Shown here one piece after another: positions 1-11,151 of a stretch of DNA of 64,000 nt (position 1 is its first letter; every line of letters starts with the position of its first letter). The notes beneath the pieces were generated by a model. That model worked only from the letters and a program-made list of their open reading frames with translations. It did no database searches and had not been told where the DNA came from. Source of the DNA: Vitrella brassicaformis CCMP3155 (taxonomy: Eukaryota; Protista; Chromerida); the NCBI GenBank assembly GCA_001179505.1, contig CDMY01001000.1, positions 62,001 through 126,000 on the forward strand, in the 5' to 3' direction. The position numbers and the translations under genes were made by a program.

Positions 1-2387
1 TGATGTGTGATGCCTCGAGTGTGTGTGTGTGTGTGTGTTCAGATCACATACCCGCTGCTGAAGGTTCTCCTCCGCCATGTCTCTGAACTCCTGCCAGAAC
101 GCCTTCCCGACAGCCTTCTCGGGAGGCCCCTCGCCAAAGATGTCGGGCAAAGACCGGGACCCCCTACCACCACACACACGCACATGCCATGAGCCACCAC
201 ACCCGATGTGTCTCTGTCGGTGGTGTGCTCACTGCACTCACTGTATTTTGTCGCGTATTTTGTTGTAGAGGCCACGTATGTCGGCGTTGGTCGGCTCGAT
301 GGCGAGTGCGGCCTGGATGTCGGCGGCGGCGGCCTTGAGGTCGAACTCGAACATGTGGGCCTTGGCGCGGCGGTAGAGCGCCTTGACGTCACCCGGAAAG
401 GCTGCACACACACACACAGGCGCGTGTGGAGGCTTGTGTCCACCAATCTCTCTCTCTCTCTCTCTGTGAGCGTGTCGGGGTGTCATGTGTTGTGAGGCAC
501 ACTCACCGTCGAGCACTTTGTTGGTGTTCTTGATGGCCGTAGCGATGCACGGCTCGTGCTTCTCCCTCTCGTAGCGGTCAAGGGCGAATTTGGCCGCATT
601 CAGCTGAGCGCGGCGAACCAGAGCCATGGCCTTCTGGCGGTCCTCATCCGACCACTCGTCAACTGCACAGCCACACACAGCACAACACACGGAGAGAGAC
701 AGAGATGTGTGTGGTGGGTGTGTGGGTGTGCAGGGCGGCGGGGCGGGGCGGGCGGAGGGGTGTCTGGTGTGGATGTCTCACTGTTTCGTTTTGACGATTC
801 ATATGTGTGTGGGACTTTGTTGAAGGCCTTCTCGCCCTGAGCGTACTTGCGCTCGCCACAGAGCCGCAAACCCTAATGGATGGGCACACAGATGCACACA
901 CATGGTTGGGTGGCTTGGATGAATGGGGGCAGAGGTGTTGCTCAGGTCAGGTGTGTGCGCACCTCTTTGATGAATGCCTCAGCGTCTTTGCTGAAGCCCT
1001 CAAACGTGACGGCCGTCTTCTGCTTCAACTTGGGCGGGACCACCTCATGCAGCGTCAGCACCACCCTGCACACACCGCAACACCATCAAACCCACACACA
1101 CAGATAGACACACGACACTCATTCCTGCGCATGTGTGTGTGTGTGTGTNNNNNNNNNNNNNNNNNNNNNNNNNNNNNNNNNNNNNNNNNNNNNNNNNNNN
1201 NNNNNNNNNNNNNNNNNNNNNNNNNNNNNNNNNNNNNNNNNNNNNNNNNNNNNNNNNNNNNNNNNNNNNNNNNNNNNNNNNNNNNNNNNNNNNNNNNNNN
1301 NNNNNNNNNNNNNNNNNNNNNNNNNNNNNNNNNNNNNNNNNNNNNNNNNNNNNNNNNNNNNNNNNNNNNNNNNNNNNNNNNNNNNNNNNNNNNNNNNNNN
1401 NNNNNNNNNNNNNNNNNNNNNNNNNNNNNNNNNNNNNNNNNNNNNNNNGGGGGGGGGGGGTGTACCAGATGGGTGTGTCAGGGTCGAGCAGCATCTTGTT
1501 GTCCTTGTCTCGCACACCAGCGTAGAAGGCGTGACAACCTCGGTTCAGCTGCACCACACACCGCACACACGACACACAACACACCCATATGCACCCACAC
1601 GCACTGCAGTGATGCGTGGATGCGCATGCCCACTGACCTTGACGATGCACTTCTCGCCCTCCTTCATGCTGTGGATGACCTGTACATGCATCACACACAC
1701 AGTGAATGAATGAACGAATGCCATGCATTTGCCCCAACGGTCCAACACACTCACACACACTCTCACACACACACACACGCAGAACCGATCAATGAATCAA
1801 TGAATCAAGGATGACCTTGTGGTCGAACACGGGCGTCTTGCCGCCCTCGCCGAGGCTCCAGGTCGCGGGCAGCATCTGCTTGCCCTGCCGCGACAGCTCC
1901 GGCTCCTCGCTGAAGCAACACGACCCTGAAACAAAGGCACATACACAGACACACACATGGCGACACACACACACACACACGCATTGCTCCCTCCCGCCCT
2001 CCTGGCGACTCACCCACCGTCCTGAGTGTAGGCCTCATACCACACCTTGACCTTGCTCCCCTCCGCCAGCCGACCGCTCCCGTCGCCCTCACGCCGCACG
2101 CGACCGCCGGCCGCATCGTCAGCCACTCCCTCACTCACCACGTGCTTGACCATCCCACGGCCGCTCGTGTCGTCCCACGCCTCGAGTTCATCGGTGCGGA
2201 CGGCCGTAGTTTCGATGGCTGCGATGGTGGCCGAAAGGGTCTCGGGCGGAGGACGCTCTGGTGCTTGTGGTGCTGCTTCTGTTGCTGCTCCTGTTGCTGC
2301 TGCTGCTGGTGTGCCGTTGGTCATCATGGCGGCTGCATGCGGACCCGTTGTGTCTTCCGGGGTGCTTGTTGTTGCCGTGTCGGACAT
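1..2387 (-). CDS. FKBP-type peptidyl-prolyl isomerase with C-terminal TPR repeats (FKBP4/5-like); multi-exon, spans N gap 1149-1447, 3' end runs off the window
   Basis: ATG at 2387 (MSDTATT...). FKBP-like exons GMVKHVVSEG..GSKVKVWYEAY and VIHSMKEGEKCIVKV..HA. TPR exons AQLNAAKFAL..NTNKVLDG and PGDVKALYRRAKAHMFEFDLKAAAADIQAALAIEPTN. Exons are separated by GT-AG introns containing CA repeats. Confidence 0.8.
1149..1447. other. Scaffold gap (~300 N); others at ~20858-21157, 25450-25749, 45155-45454 and 51075-51373
   Basis: Runs of N, mostly flanked by microsatellite or homopolymer ends. Confidence 0.95.
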
Positions 2388-2647
2388 GGTACGTGTCAAC
2401 GGTAGGGAAACACACTCGGAAAACGCTCAAAAGAACCCCTTTCTCCAGCCTCCGCGCCTTTGCGAGCTTATCCCCTCGAGTGTTTTGAGGACAATCTTAC
2501 CCTTACGCACCGAAGGCAGATCTGCGCGCAAGAAGACCTTACGAGGATGACCCAACACAGTCTTCGGAACGTACGAGCCAGCAGATCAGCAGATGCAGAC
2601 GCTTCGCACATGCGTGTACGGCTCTTTCAGTGTTTTGCTTCTCCGGG

Positions 2648-4356
2648 ATGAACAGTGACAGCTTGACCACGCAATGCCCTGAGCGAGCCATCCTCAACCA
2701 CTTCCAAAGGCCTGCCGCTATCCTCTGTGAGAGCCTTAAGCCGCTGCAGCAAGAAATCGCGGCGACCAAGGAGAAGACGGCTCAGCTCAAGACCAAACAC
2801 CGCATCGCTGACCTAGCAGCAGCCTGCGGCAACAAGGAGCTGCTGTTGAATGTGGGCGGCAGTGAGTGGTGCGTCAAGCGGCAGCACATGACTCAAGGGG
2901 AGGGCGTCGAGAACACTCTGCTGGCCGTGCTCTTCTCTGGCAAGTTCGACAACCGACTCATCAGGGACGACAAGCAGCGGGTGTTCTTGGATGTCGACTC
3001 GGAGGCCTTCAAGACCGTCCACAAGGCCATCCTGGAGGCGAGAGCCGTCCAGCAGGCCGCTCGAAAGGGCGGGCGGGGGAGAAACGCGGTCTCTTGTCTG
3101 CTGACCGAGGCCGACACGCGTGGACACAAGGGTACGCACTCACACACACGCACACACACGCACGCACACACGTGGGCAGCCAGGAAAGTCAGTCGCCTGC
3201 AGTGTATGGCCTGAGTCTGTCTGTATGTGCGGGTATATACAGGATTGCATGACTTCTGGGTCAAGAAGCTTCTCGCGCCACACGATATCGAGGGCGATCG
3301 CACAAAGTGCCGCGAGAGGGAGCCATCAGTGACGGCAGAGGGCATCGGCGAGGAGGCGGGGGAGCTCGTCAGTGCGCTCAACGACGTCCTCAAGGCCTAC
3401 AGTGACAAGAGGAGCAGCCTCGAGGCAGAGCTGCGGACCGAGAAGATGCGAGACGAGCATCTCAACACCGAATTAGAGGTGAGCGAGAGGCAATCACTCA
3501 CCGGAGCTGCCCCATGGAATCCATGCCATGCATTCGCTTGTGGTCTGATTGTCAGCTTGTGAGCTCGTTCCTGGCGCCCCTGGATGGCGATGACCCCGTC
3601 CTCTCTGTCGATGTCTGCGGCCAGACCATTTCGACGTGTCAGTCGACAATCGACGCCATGACCGACGAGATGGCACTCAAGCGACGCAACACTCAATCAC
3701 TGTGAGTGGCCTGACCGCACTGCAGAAGACGCAGCAAGCGAATTATACCCAGACAAATGCACCTAAGGTGTTGTGTGTCAATCACTCAGTTGGGGCAGCT
3801 CAGTCCACGACGTCCCCCCCGACCACATGAGCCGGCTCATCGACCACCACCGCCGCAAACGACACGGCGCCTCGCCCGCCGAGGCCAACGTGCCGCTGCA
3901 GATGGACAACGCCCGAGAGCAGGCGGCCTTCGATGTCAACGCGGCCATGTACGGCGTTGTCAAGACCGGCACACCACACGGCGCGCAGCCAACCAGGTAC
4001 GCAGATGGAGAGAACTAGGAGGACCGGTGTTGCGCCATCGGTTGTCTTTCCTTTCGCTTTGCAGTAACGGTGGGTTCACTGTCACATCTGGCGTGCGCTA
4101 TCGCATCGTCACGCCCGGCAAAGGTAACGTGCCGGGGGCCAACCAGACCGTCAAGTACGACGAGATTTGGTGGTCTGATGGGTTTGACGGCAACGACAAA
4201 GCCTACGATGAGCGTGGGAAGGTCCTTCGCGTGTCGGATTGGAATGGCTGGTGGCGTGAGGCAGTGCTGTCGATGCGCATTGGGGAGGTGAGGCAGATCA
4301 TCTTGCCTGGTGCATCCGCCCGCTACGTTCAGCTGCGCTTGGTCAGCATAGTGTAG
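2648..4356 (+). CDS. BTB/POZ (KCTD-type) + coiled-coil protein ending in a divergent FKBP-like cassette; 5 exons
   Basis: Exons 2648-3131, 3243-3478, 3556-3701, ~3791-3995 and 4065-4356 join in frame. BTB motif LLLNVGGSEWCVKRQHM..TLLAVLFSGKFDNRLIRDDKQRVFLDVDSEAFK. The last exon encodes SGVRYRIVTPGKGNVP..GWWREAVLSMRIGEVRQIILP..YVQLRLVSIV. Confidence 0.75.
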
Positions 4357-5445
4357 AGAGAATATGATGTGCCCGTCACCCACTCCCTGGGGGCTGTCTG
4401 CCTGGGTCCCTCGATGTTCAGTGAGGAGCGAATGGTTCTTACCTGGCGTGTACGACTGGCTTGTGTGTGTGTGTGTGTGTGTGTCGCTTTCCTACTTGAC
4501 CCCCCACACACACACGTGTGTCCCGTGTGAGCGCGTGAACGTTGCGGCGTCCATATTTGTGTGGGCGGGCGTGTCGCCCCTCCTCTTGTCACCGATGCCC
4601 CGCCCCTTGGCTGTCTGGTCGTCTTTTTCGTGACCGTCGTGTGTGTTGTCTGAGTGGCTGTGTTGCCGCTCTCTGATACGAGGGATGAGCCGTGTCGGGC
4701 GGGGATGTGTAGATACGCATTTATCACAAGTGTATAGAGAGGAGAGGGGGCTGGAAGCGGCGGCGGGGTCGGTCAAGTAGCCTTGTGCAACATGTTTGTG
4801 TCCGTGTCGCCTCTCTCTTCGGGGTCCCCCGTTGCATCCCCGATTGTGTGCATTGCGTCGGTTTTGGTCGGAGGATTGAGTGTGTTGTAGCTTTTGTCAG
4901 CCGTGTCAGTATGTCGGTGTGTGTCACGATGCATCGTGCGACGTGTGAGGCGGTGGATTGATCTTTCTCACTGTTTTGATGGCTGTGTGCCGTTTCTCTC
5001 TCTGTGGTGACTGGGCTATCTGGCAGTCGGTGGGACGCTCACAGCCTCTTTTTGAGTGTCCATGTGTGTGCCCGGTGTGTGGTGTGAAGACAGAGGGCAG
5101 CGCAGAAAAGGCCTTTTTTCCCTTCCTGTCGCGCCTTCTGTGGTGCATCCATCCACCTATTGGCTGTCGGCGGTCAGTCGCTGAATGGAGCGAGATATGT
5201 GCCAGAGACTTTGCCTGGTGCTGCGTGTGTCTATTGATCCCATTCGTGTGTGGTGTGGATGGCAAAAGGAGATGTGTATGGGTTGACTCTCCCTTTCAAT
5301 GTGTCGACTCTCTGCGTCTGTCTGTCTGTGTCTGTCTGTCTGTCTGTGTGAGAGAGACCTGATTGCGACGCGGCCGAGTTGGTGAACGAATTGACTTCGC
5401 AACGTATCTGGTCCGTTTGCCCTCCCCTCTCTCTTAAATGGGTCA
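4357..5445 (+). repeat. Non-coding flank co-duplicated with FKBP-like cassettes; homologous to 21600-22200 (inverted) and in part to 9740-10100 and 44345-44570
   Basis: Shared blocks: cactcacagcctcttt; gtgcccggtgtgtggtgtga(a/c)gacagagggcagc..aaggcc; and gcgacgcggccgagttggtgaacgaattgacttcgcaacgtatctggtccgtttgccctcccctctctct, whose reverse complement lies at ~21603-21690. Confidence 0.75.
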
Positions 5446-6401
5446 ATAGTCAGTGTCCCCTGACACGTTAAATGACACACTCGTCAGTCAGTCAGTCAGT
5501 CAATCAACCACATCACACAAGACACAGACACAGTTAGGTCAGAATAGACTCACATAACATTAAGGCAGGCATGCAGGCGCAGTCAGTGAGGTGACCACAG
5601 ACCGGGTCAATGCGACAAATGGACACCACAGACACACACACGGGGCTGCATTGCTGGACAGTACAGGGATGACGACAGACAGACAGACAGACAGACAGAC
5701 ACACAGCCCGCCAGCCCGCCAGTCATCCAGTCACACAACCACACACACATACGCACTGCGCATCCGGACGTCGAGGTCCTTCCATCCACTTACAGAGAGC
5801 CTTGCTGGCACCGGCCCCACACGCATCCATCGGCAGCAGCGTCTCAAGAAGCCAACCGATAAACAAGCCACATCACCCCCTCTTGCTGTCGTGAAGCAAA
5901 TCAGCACCGACAGCCTATGCGGCTTCGCGATGAAGGTCATGGTGGCCAGCCGTAGGCAGGGGCCGAGGTCCTGCCGCTGCTGGTGGTTACACCCAAAGCA
6001 CTGCATCAGGCAGACAGACAGACAGACGGACGTGCGCGGATGTTTTCATGGCTGCATGCAGCGTTTTTCTAGACACCTCTTTTCTACGGGGTCGTTCGCA
6101 ATCTCTATGCTGTCGGGGCACATGATCTGCTTGACGTGCTCCTCCCAATGCGGCGCCGCTGGCCGGCGGCCACTATGTAGAAACCGCCGCGTGCGTCGAC
6201 GAAGGCCTCATGACCGAAGAACAGACCCACAAATGCCTCCCTGTCGGCCATCGCCTTCACAAGACCCTGCACACACACAACACACATCATGCTGTGAATG
6301 GTGCATCCTGGGATGCGCCCGGGATGCGCTCTTTCTGTCGTTTTCTCACCTGTGGCGGTGTTGTGGGTCTTTTCTCTTCACAAGGCAGGACAGATCTCTC
6401 G

Positions 6402-6525
6402 CGAAGGCGCTCTCCAGAATATGCGACACGGGTTCTCTCGCGAAGGCTGGACGATCTGCACGAGCTGTGATTACTGTCGAGGGGCATGGAGGAACCCATG
6501 TCGCATATTCTGGAGAGCGCCTTCG
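6402..6525. repeat. Inverted repeat / hairpin: 34-bp arms (6402-6435 and 6492-6525), 1 mismatch, 56-nt loop
   Basis: cgaaggcgctctccagaatatgcgacacgggttc versus the reverse complement of gaacccatgtcgcatattctggagagcgccttcg. Confidence 0.9.
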
Positions 6526-7217
6526 GTGGGAGCAGCAGTGGTTTCAGGAAGACCCTAGCGATCTGCGTGCTTGGTTGAGTGACCCCGAAGAGAGTCAAAC
6601 AGGTGAGGACACCAAGGAAGGCGTCAGAGCCACCAGCCAGGCACAGATCTGAAGTCGGATGTCATCCATGTCGCCGCCCTGGCGTGTTGTTCTCGTGCAG
6701 TTTGTCCGAGCGTTGCGTAGCTGTAGAGGCTTCTGTGGTTCGAAGCAGACCCCTTTTTGACAGATCACTTGCTGCCACACGCAGAGGTCAGGAAATGCAC
6801 ACAGGGGCTGCAGCACTCTGTGTGTGCACGAGGGGAGATGCGAATTGATTGTTGTTCGACTGGTGTGGCTGTGCAGGCTGGAGTGCCGTCGTGGTGTAGG
6901 CAGACAGTCAAACAGGTGAGAGTGCTTCAGTGAATTAATTCAAAGAGGTCGAGCTGTTTGTGGGTGTGCTTGTGTGATGGGTGCAGGGTTGGTTGTTCTG
7001 ATTGCTGTGACTCGTGCACTCGCCCACGATGGATGGCGCTGAAGCCGTAAGCAAAGACAGAGCGCATCAACATGATCACTTCACCCAATGAGCCTGCCTT
7101 TCGATACGTACACATTCTGTGTGCAGGCTGCTGCTGCCGCTGCCCCTATCGACGTGTCAGGTGACTGCACACCTGATGGGTGACTGGCTGCGTGAACGCA
7201 AGATTCCTTGTTTGCAG

Positions 7218-9738
7218 GCACGGACGAGTGGTCTTGAGGCGTCGAGCGCGTTCAGGGGACCGTCATCGACACGGAGCGGACCTGGCCGCAGCTCAAGAAG
7301 GCCAGCAAGGGAGCTGTGGACCAAGCACCTCCTGGGCTTCTCGATGTCAAGAACTTCGATGGAGAACACTACTACTGTCTGGCCCTGCCAATCAAGCTGG
7401 TGGGGAGTGTGGACATCTGTGTGTGCACCGGCATGATCAGTCGCCTGTGTGTATCACTGTGTGTGTGTGTGTGTGTGTGTCGTCAGCAGGACCGTCAGGG
7501 TGGCACTTCGGTGGATCACCTCACTGTGGTTGTGGCCAGAGAGCTTCGCGGCAAAGTGACCGACGAGCAGATGAAGATCATCATCTACGACATGCTGACG
7601 CGCGACGACACCGAGCTGATTAAGACTCAGGAGATCCTGGACGAGCATCACCCTCTCCACAGAAGTGCCTCAGAGCGAGCAAAGGACGGATACGCCTACA
7701 TGGCTCTCGCGAAGCACGCCATACCAAGACACACAGCCATCGGTAGGCGGCTGACGTTGTGAGGAAGGGGTGTCGGTGCATAGGTGTGTGTCTTCTTTCT
7801 TAGGCCTGTACGGTGGATCGCTGGACCTGACGACAAGCAGGCAACGCAAGCCGGACAACTACAACCGATTCTACATTTATGACGTGGGTGCGTACCAGAC
7901 AAAAAAGGGCAACAACGTGTTTGAGCTGGATGGCTTTAAATTCAGAAGTGCTACCGGTAAGTCGGAATAGGTCATTGGTAAGTACCACTGGTAAGTCAGT
8001 CAGTCAGGCAGACAGGCAGGCAGGATCTTCTTAAGATGAGTCGCTCAGTGTCTTCCTCTGTGTGTCTGTCTGATGTCTGCTTCGTTCAGGCATGATGAAT
8101 GACCCGCGTGGCATGACGCGCATGAGGGGGAAGAAAGTTAACGTGGTGGCTCAGCCTTTTGAGCTGTTCGGCGTCCCCTGCATCAGCCACATCGCACTCA
8201 GGGACATCGACAAGCACGAGGTACTCACACACGACACCCACACACTGATCAAAAGACGCATGATCGATCGCCTAACAATCGCTTGGTCGCCTCACAGGAG
8301 GTTTTGGTGAACTACGGGGAGACCTTCTGGGGGAGTCATGACTGGAAGGCTCACCAGGAGAAGAAGGTAGGTTGGTCCACACCTATTACAAGCCCGCACA
8401 TCGGTGTTTTGTCTTCTCTCTGACTCATTCAGTTGCGGCACGAAATGGAGGAGTTGCATGAGCTGAGAGAACGACTCCAGCTGCTATCTCGTGTCAAGCA
8501 AGAAAGAGATACTGCAAGTCGTGAGAGAGATGGTACGTGGTCTATTCCGGTGCCGACCGATCATTCTGTGAAATTGTCTGTGCGCAGATTTGGAACAGGG
8601 GGTGGCTGACAAGGAAGAGCAGATTGCGGCTCTGGAGCAGCAGCTGGAGCAGTTGGCGCAGCTGCAGCGCCCCGCCAAGAGGTCTATTGGCGTCGGCCCC
8701 GAAGGTACAGAGGCTCTCTGCAGTCAATTCATGTGTGGCTGCTGACGTCTCGTCTTTCGCACGTAGATGTGTTACCTGACGGTGATGCCACCACCTTCAA
8801 GAAACGACGTCAGGATGAGCACAATGGGCCACAGCCGCCACCACCACGAGCAGGAGAGGGAGGGGCCAGCAATGGCGAGAAGGGCAGCATTCCTATGGGC
8901 TTCATGCGCTATCCGAGTGGCGCGTACCACAAGGTGGTGCAGGAGAGCAGCGGCAGAGTGCCGACACCCAGCGACCGCGTCAGGTTCGACGAGATCGGGT
9001 GGGATGATGGATTCGACGGCCGGGACGAAGTATTCTATGGCCGTGGGCTGGTGGGTCGTGTGTCTGATTTGCCTGAGTGGGAGCGTGAGGCGGTGCGTCG
9101 ATGAGGGAGGGCGAGACGAGGCAAATCATACAACCACCCGGAGTCTACGTTCAGCTGCGGTTGATCAGCATAGAGTAGGAGAGAGTACGTGTGGGCGGCT
9201 GTGAGTGTGTCACATACTCGTGTCTGTATGTGTGTCAGTGTGGCCAGTGGTGGCGGTGCGCCGGTGGGGACAGCAGCTGCCGGCACTGCTGGACCGCAGC
9301 CGAGCGGCACGCAGCAGCCGGCCATCAACACCACCGCAGCACATCCCCCCAGGTTCAAAGGGCAAAGGAGGACGGACGAAACAGACCTCGCCGTCTGTCA
9401 TGTTTGGTCCCTTCCTTTGCAGCGACAGTGATGGCTTCACTGTGAACGCATTAGGCAATCTGTATCGCGTGGTGCAGGAGGGCACCGGCAGAGTGCCGAC
9501 AGTCAACGACCAATACGTCGAGTACGACTGGCTTTCGTGGCGTGATGCATTCGACGGCCAGGACATAATCGACGATGCCCGTGGGGTGGTGGAGTGTGTG
9601 TCTGATCTGAATGTGTCTTATCGGTGTCAGTGGCTGAGTGAGGCATTGCTGTCAATGAGGGAGGGGGAAGTCAGGCAGATCAGACAACCAGGCTTTCCAC
9701 CCGCTTACGTTCAGCTGCGGTTGGTTAGCATAGAGTAG
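7218..9738 (+). pseudogene. SET-domain + coiled-coil + two FKBP-like cassettes; apparently disrupted, 5' end not located
   Basis: SET-like motifs lie on successive exons: YMALAKHAIPRHTAIG|LYGG, GMMNDPRG..VNVVAQPF..ISHIALRDIDKHE|EVLVNYGETFW. Coiled-coil exons at 8433-8704. FKBP-like cassette in exon 8767-9174 has a 1-nt deletion near 9096 (gcg gtg c-g tcg atg). A linker exon at 9239-9352 precedes the second cassette at 9423-9738. A possible in-frame TGA lies at 7235-7237. Confidence 0.6.
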
Positions 9739-11151
9739 GACAGAGTCCACACACACATGGGGGCGGCTGTGTGTGTCACACACCCATGTGTGTGGTCGGG
9801 GGCTCTTCACTTGTTGACTGGCTGCCTGTGTGCCTCGGCTGTTGAGCGAAGGAGGGAATGAGCTGTCTGTTTGTCGCAGCAGCTATCTGGGTGGACCATG
9901 GCGTGGATGTGTGTGTGCGTATCGCCTCTGTTTCCTTCACTGTCTGAGTGTCTGTCTGTCTGCCATGACTGAAGGAGAGGAGTGAGTGTTGTCTCTGTGT
10001 GCGTGTGCCGGCTGTCATGTGTGAAGACAGAGGGCAGCGCAGAAGAGGCCCTTTTGTCTGCGACAGAGGAAAGGCGCTCACCATCGTCACGTGTGTGGAT
10101 GCATTGAGCAGACCATGACGCCCTTCTGCGTCCTCCAATCTGCCTGCCTGCCTGTCTGTCTGCCTTTGTGACCAGTGGACAACACATTTAGTTATGATTG
10201 ATCGCCTCCTTGACAGTGAAATAGCGCGCCATTCAGTCTGTGCCACATCAATCACCCCATCCCAGCACACGAACCCCGCCCACAGCATCATGCTACATAT
10301 AGCTGAGCGTCGATCGATCCGCCATTCGGTCGCCTGGTGTCACGACTGGTCAATAATGGAAGACCACACAGCCACCCATGGCACGGCAGCCGCACACCAG
10401 GAGTGGGTGTCCGGCTGCGATATCACGCGTGACGGCATGGCGGCCCATCAGTCAAAACCACTGGCACACAGCCGCGTCAAGCGACACATACATAGGTCAC
10501 GCACTGCCCCCCCGCCCCCCGGCCCTACTTACTCGCCAAAAATCAATCATTCTGCCGACCTCTGTCTCTCCCTGTCTGTCTGTCTGTCTGTCTGATTCCT
10601 TTACTATGCACAGTGATCCGTCCGCAGGCTGAGCTGATGAGGAAAAATCTCTGTAGTCTTGCCCAAAGGCAACAGCAGCCGGGCTGGCGAAACACAAACA
10701 GACACACACACACACACACACGCTATGCTGGCATGAAAGAGAGAACACGAGAGCGATAGGCAGAAGCGATAAGCAAACATGCACACAGACGGAGGGAGGG
10801 GAGGGAGGTAGGGAAACAAAACAAGACAATGGATCATGGTCAAGAAGCAAGCAGGAAAACCGCTGCAGGCAGGCAGGTAGATAAGAGAGAGACGTGTCTG
10901 CGGCCCGGTCTCTTCTCTGTCCATCTGTATGTCTGTCTGTCTGTCTGTCTGTCTGCATGCCGGATGAAAAATCGCTCCATCCATCGGCCACAGAGAGATG
11001 CAAAGAACAGTCAGTCCCCCATCCGCCCACCCGCCCGTCGACTACACAGACCACTCGTACACTGCACACCACCCCAACATCCCTCGGGAGCACACAAAAA
11101 CCCCAAAAATCACTCCACGTCACTCGCTCTGTCTGTCTTGGGTGGGCTAGA

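Noticed and set aside
807-1776. Long ORFs spanning N gaps (also near 20858, 25450, 45155, 51075)
   Set aside because: Artefacts of translating N runs as X.
5591-6652. 353-aa six-frame ORF
   Set aside because: It runs through CAGA/CA microsatellites and has no domain signal; it may contain unplaced upstream exons but is not a supportable CDS.
9170-9178. Stop codon overlapping the splice donor at cassette ends as a special regulatory design
   Set aside because: Any phase-2 intron beginning GTAA/GTAG/GTGA puts an in-frame stop immediately after the exon, so the overlap is automatic and is not evidence by itself.
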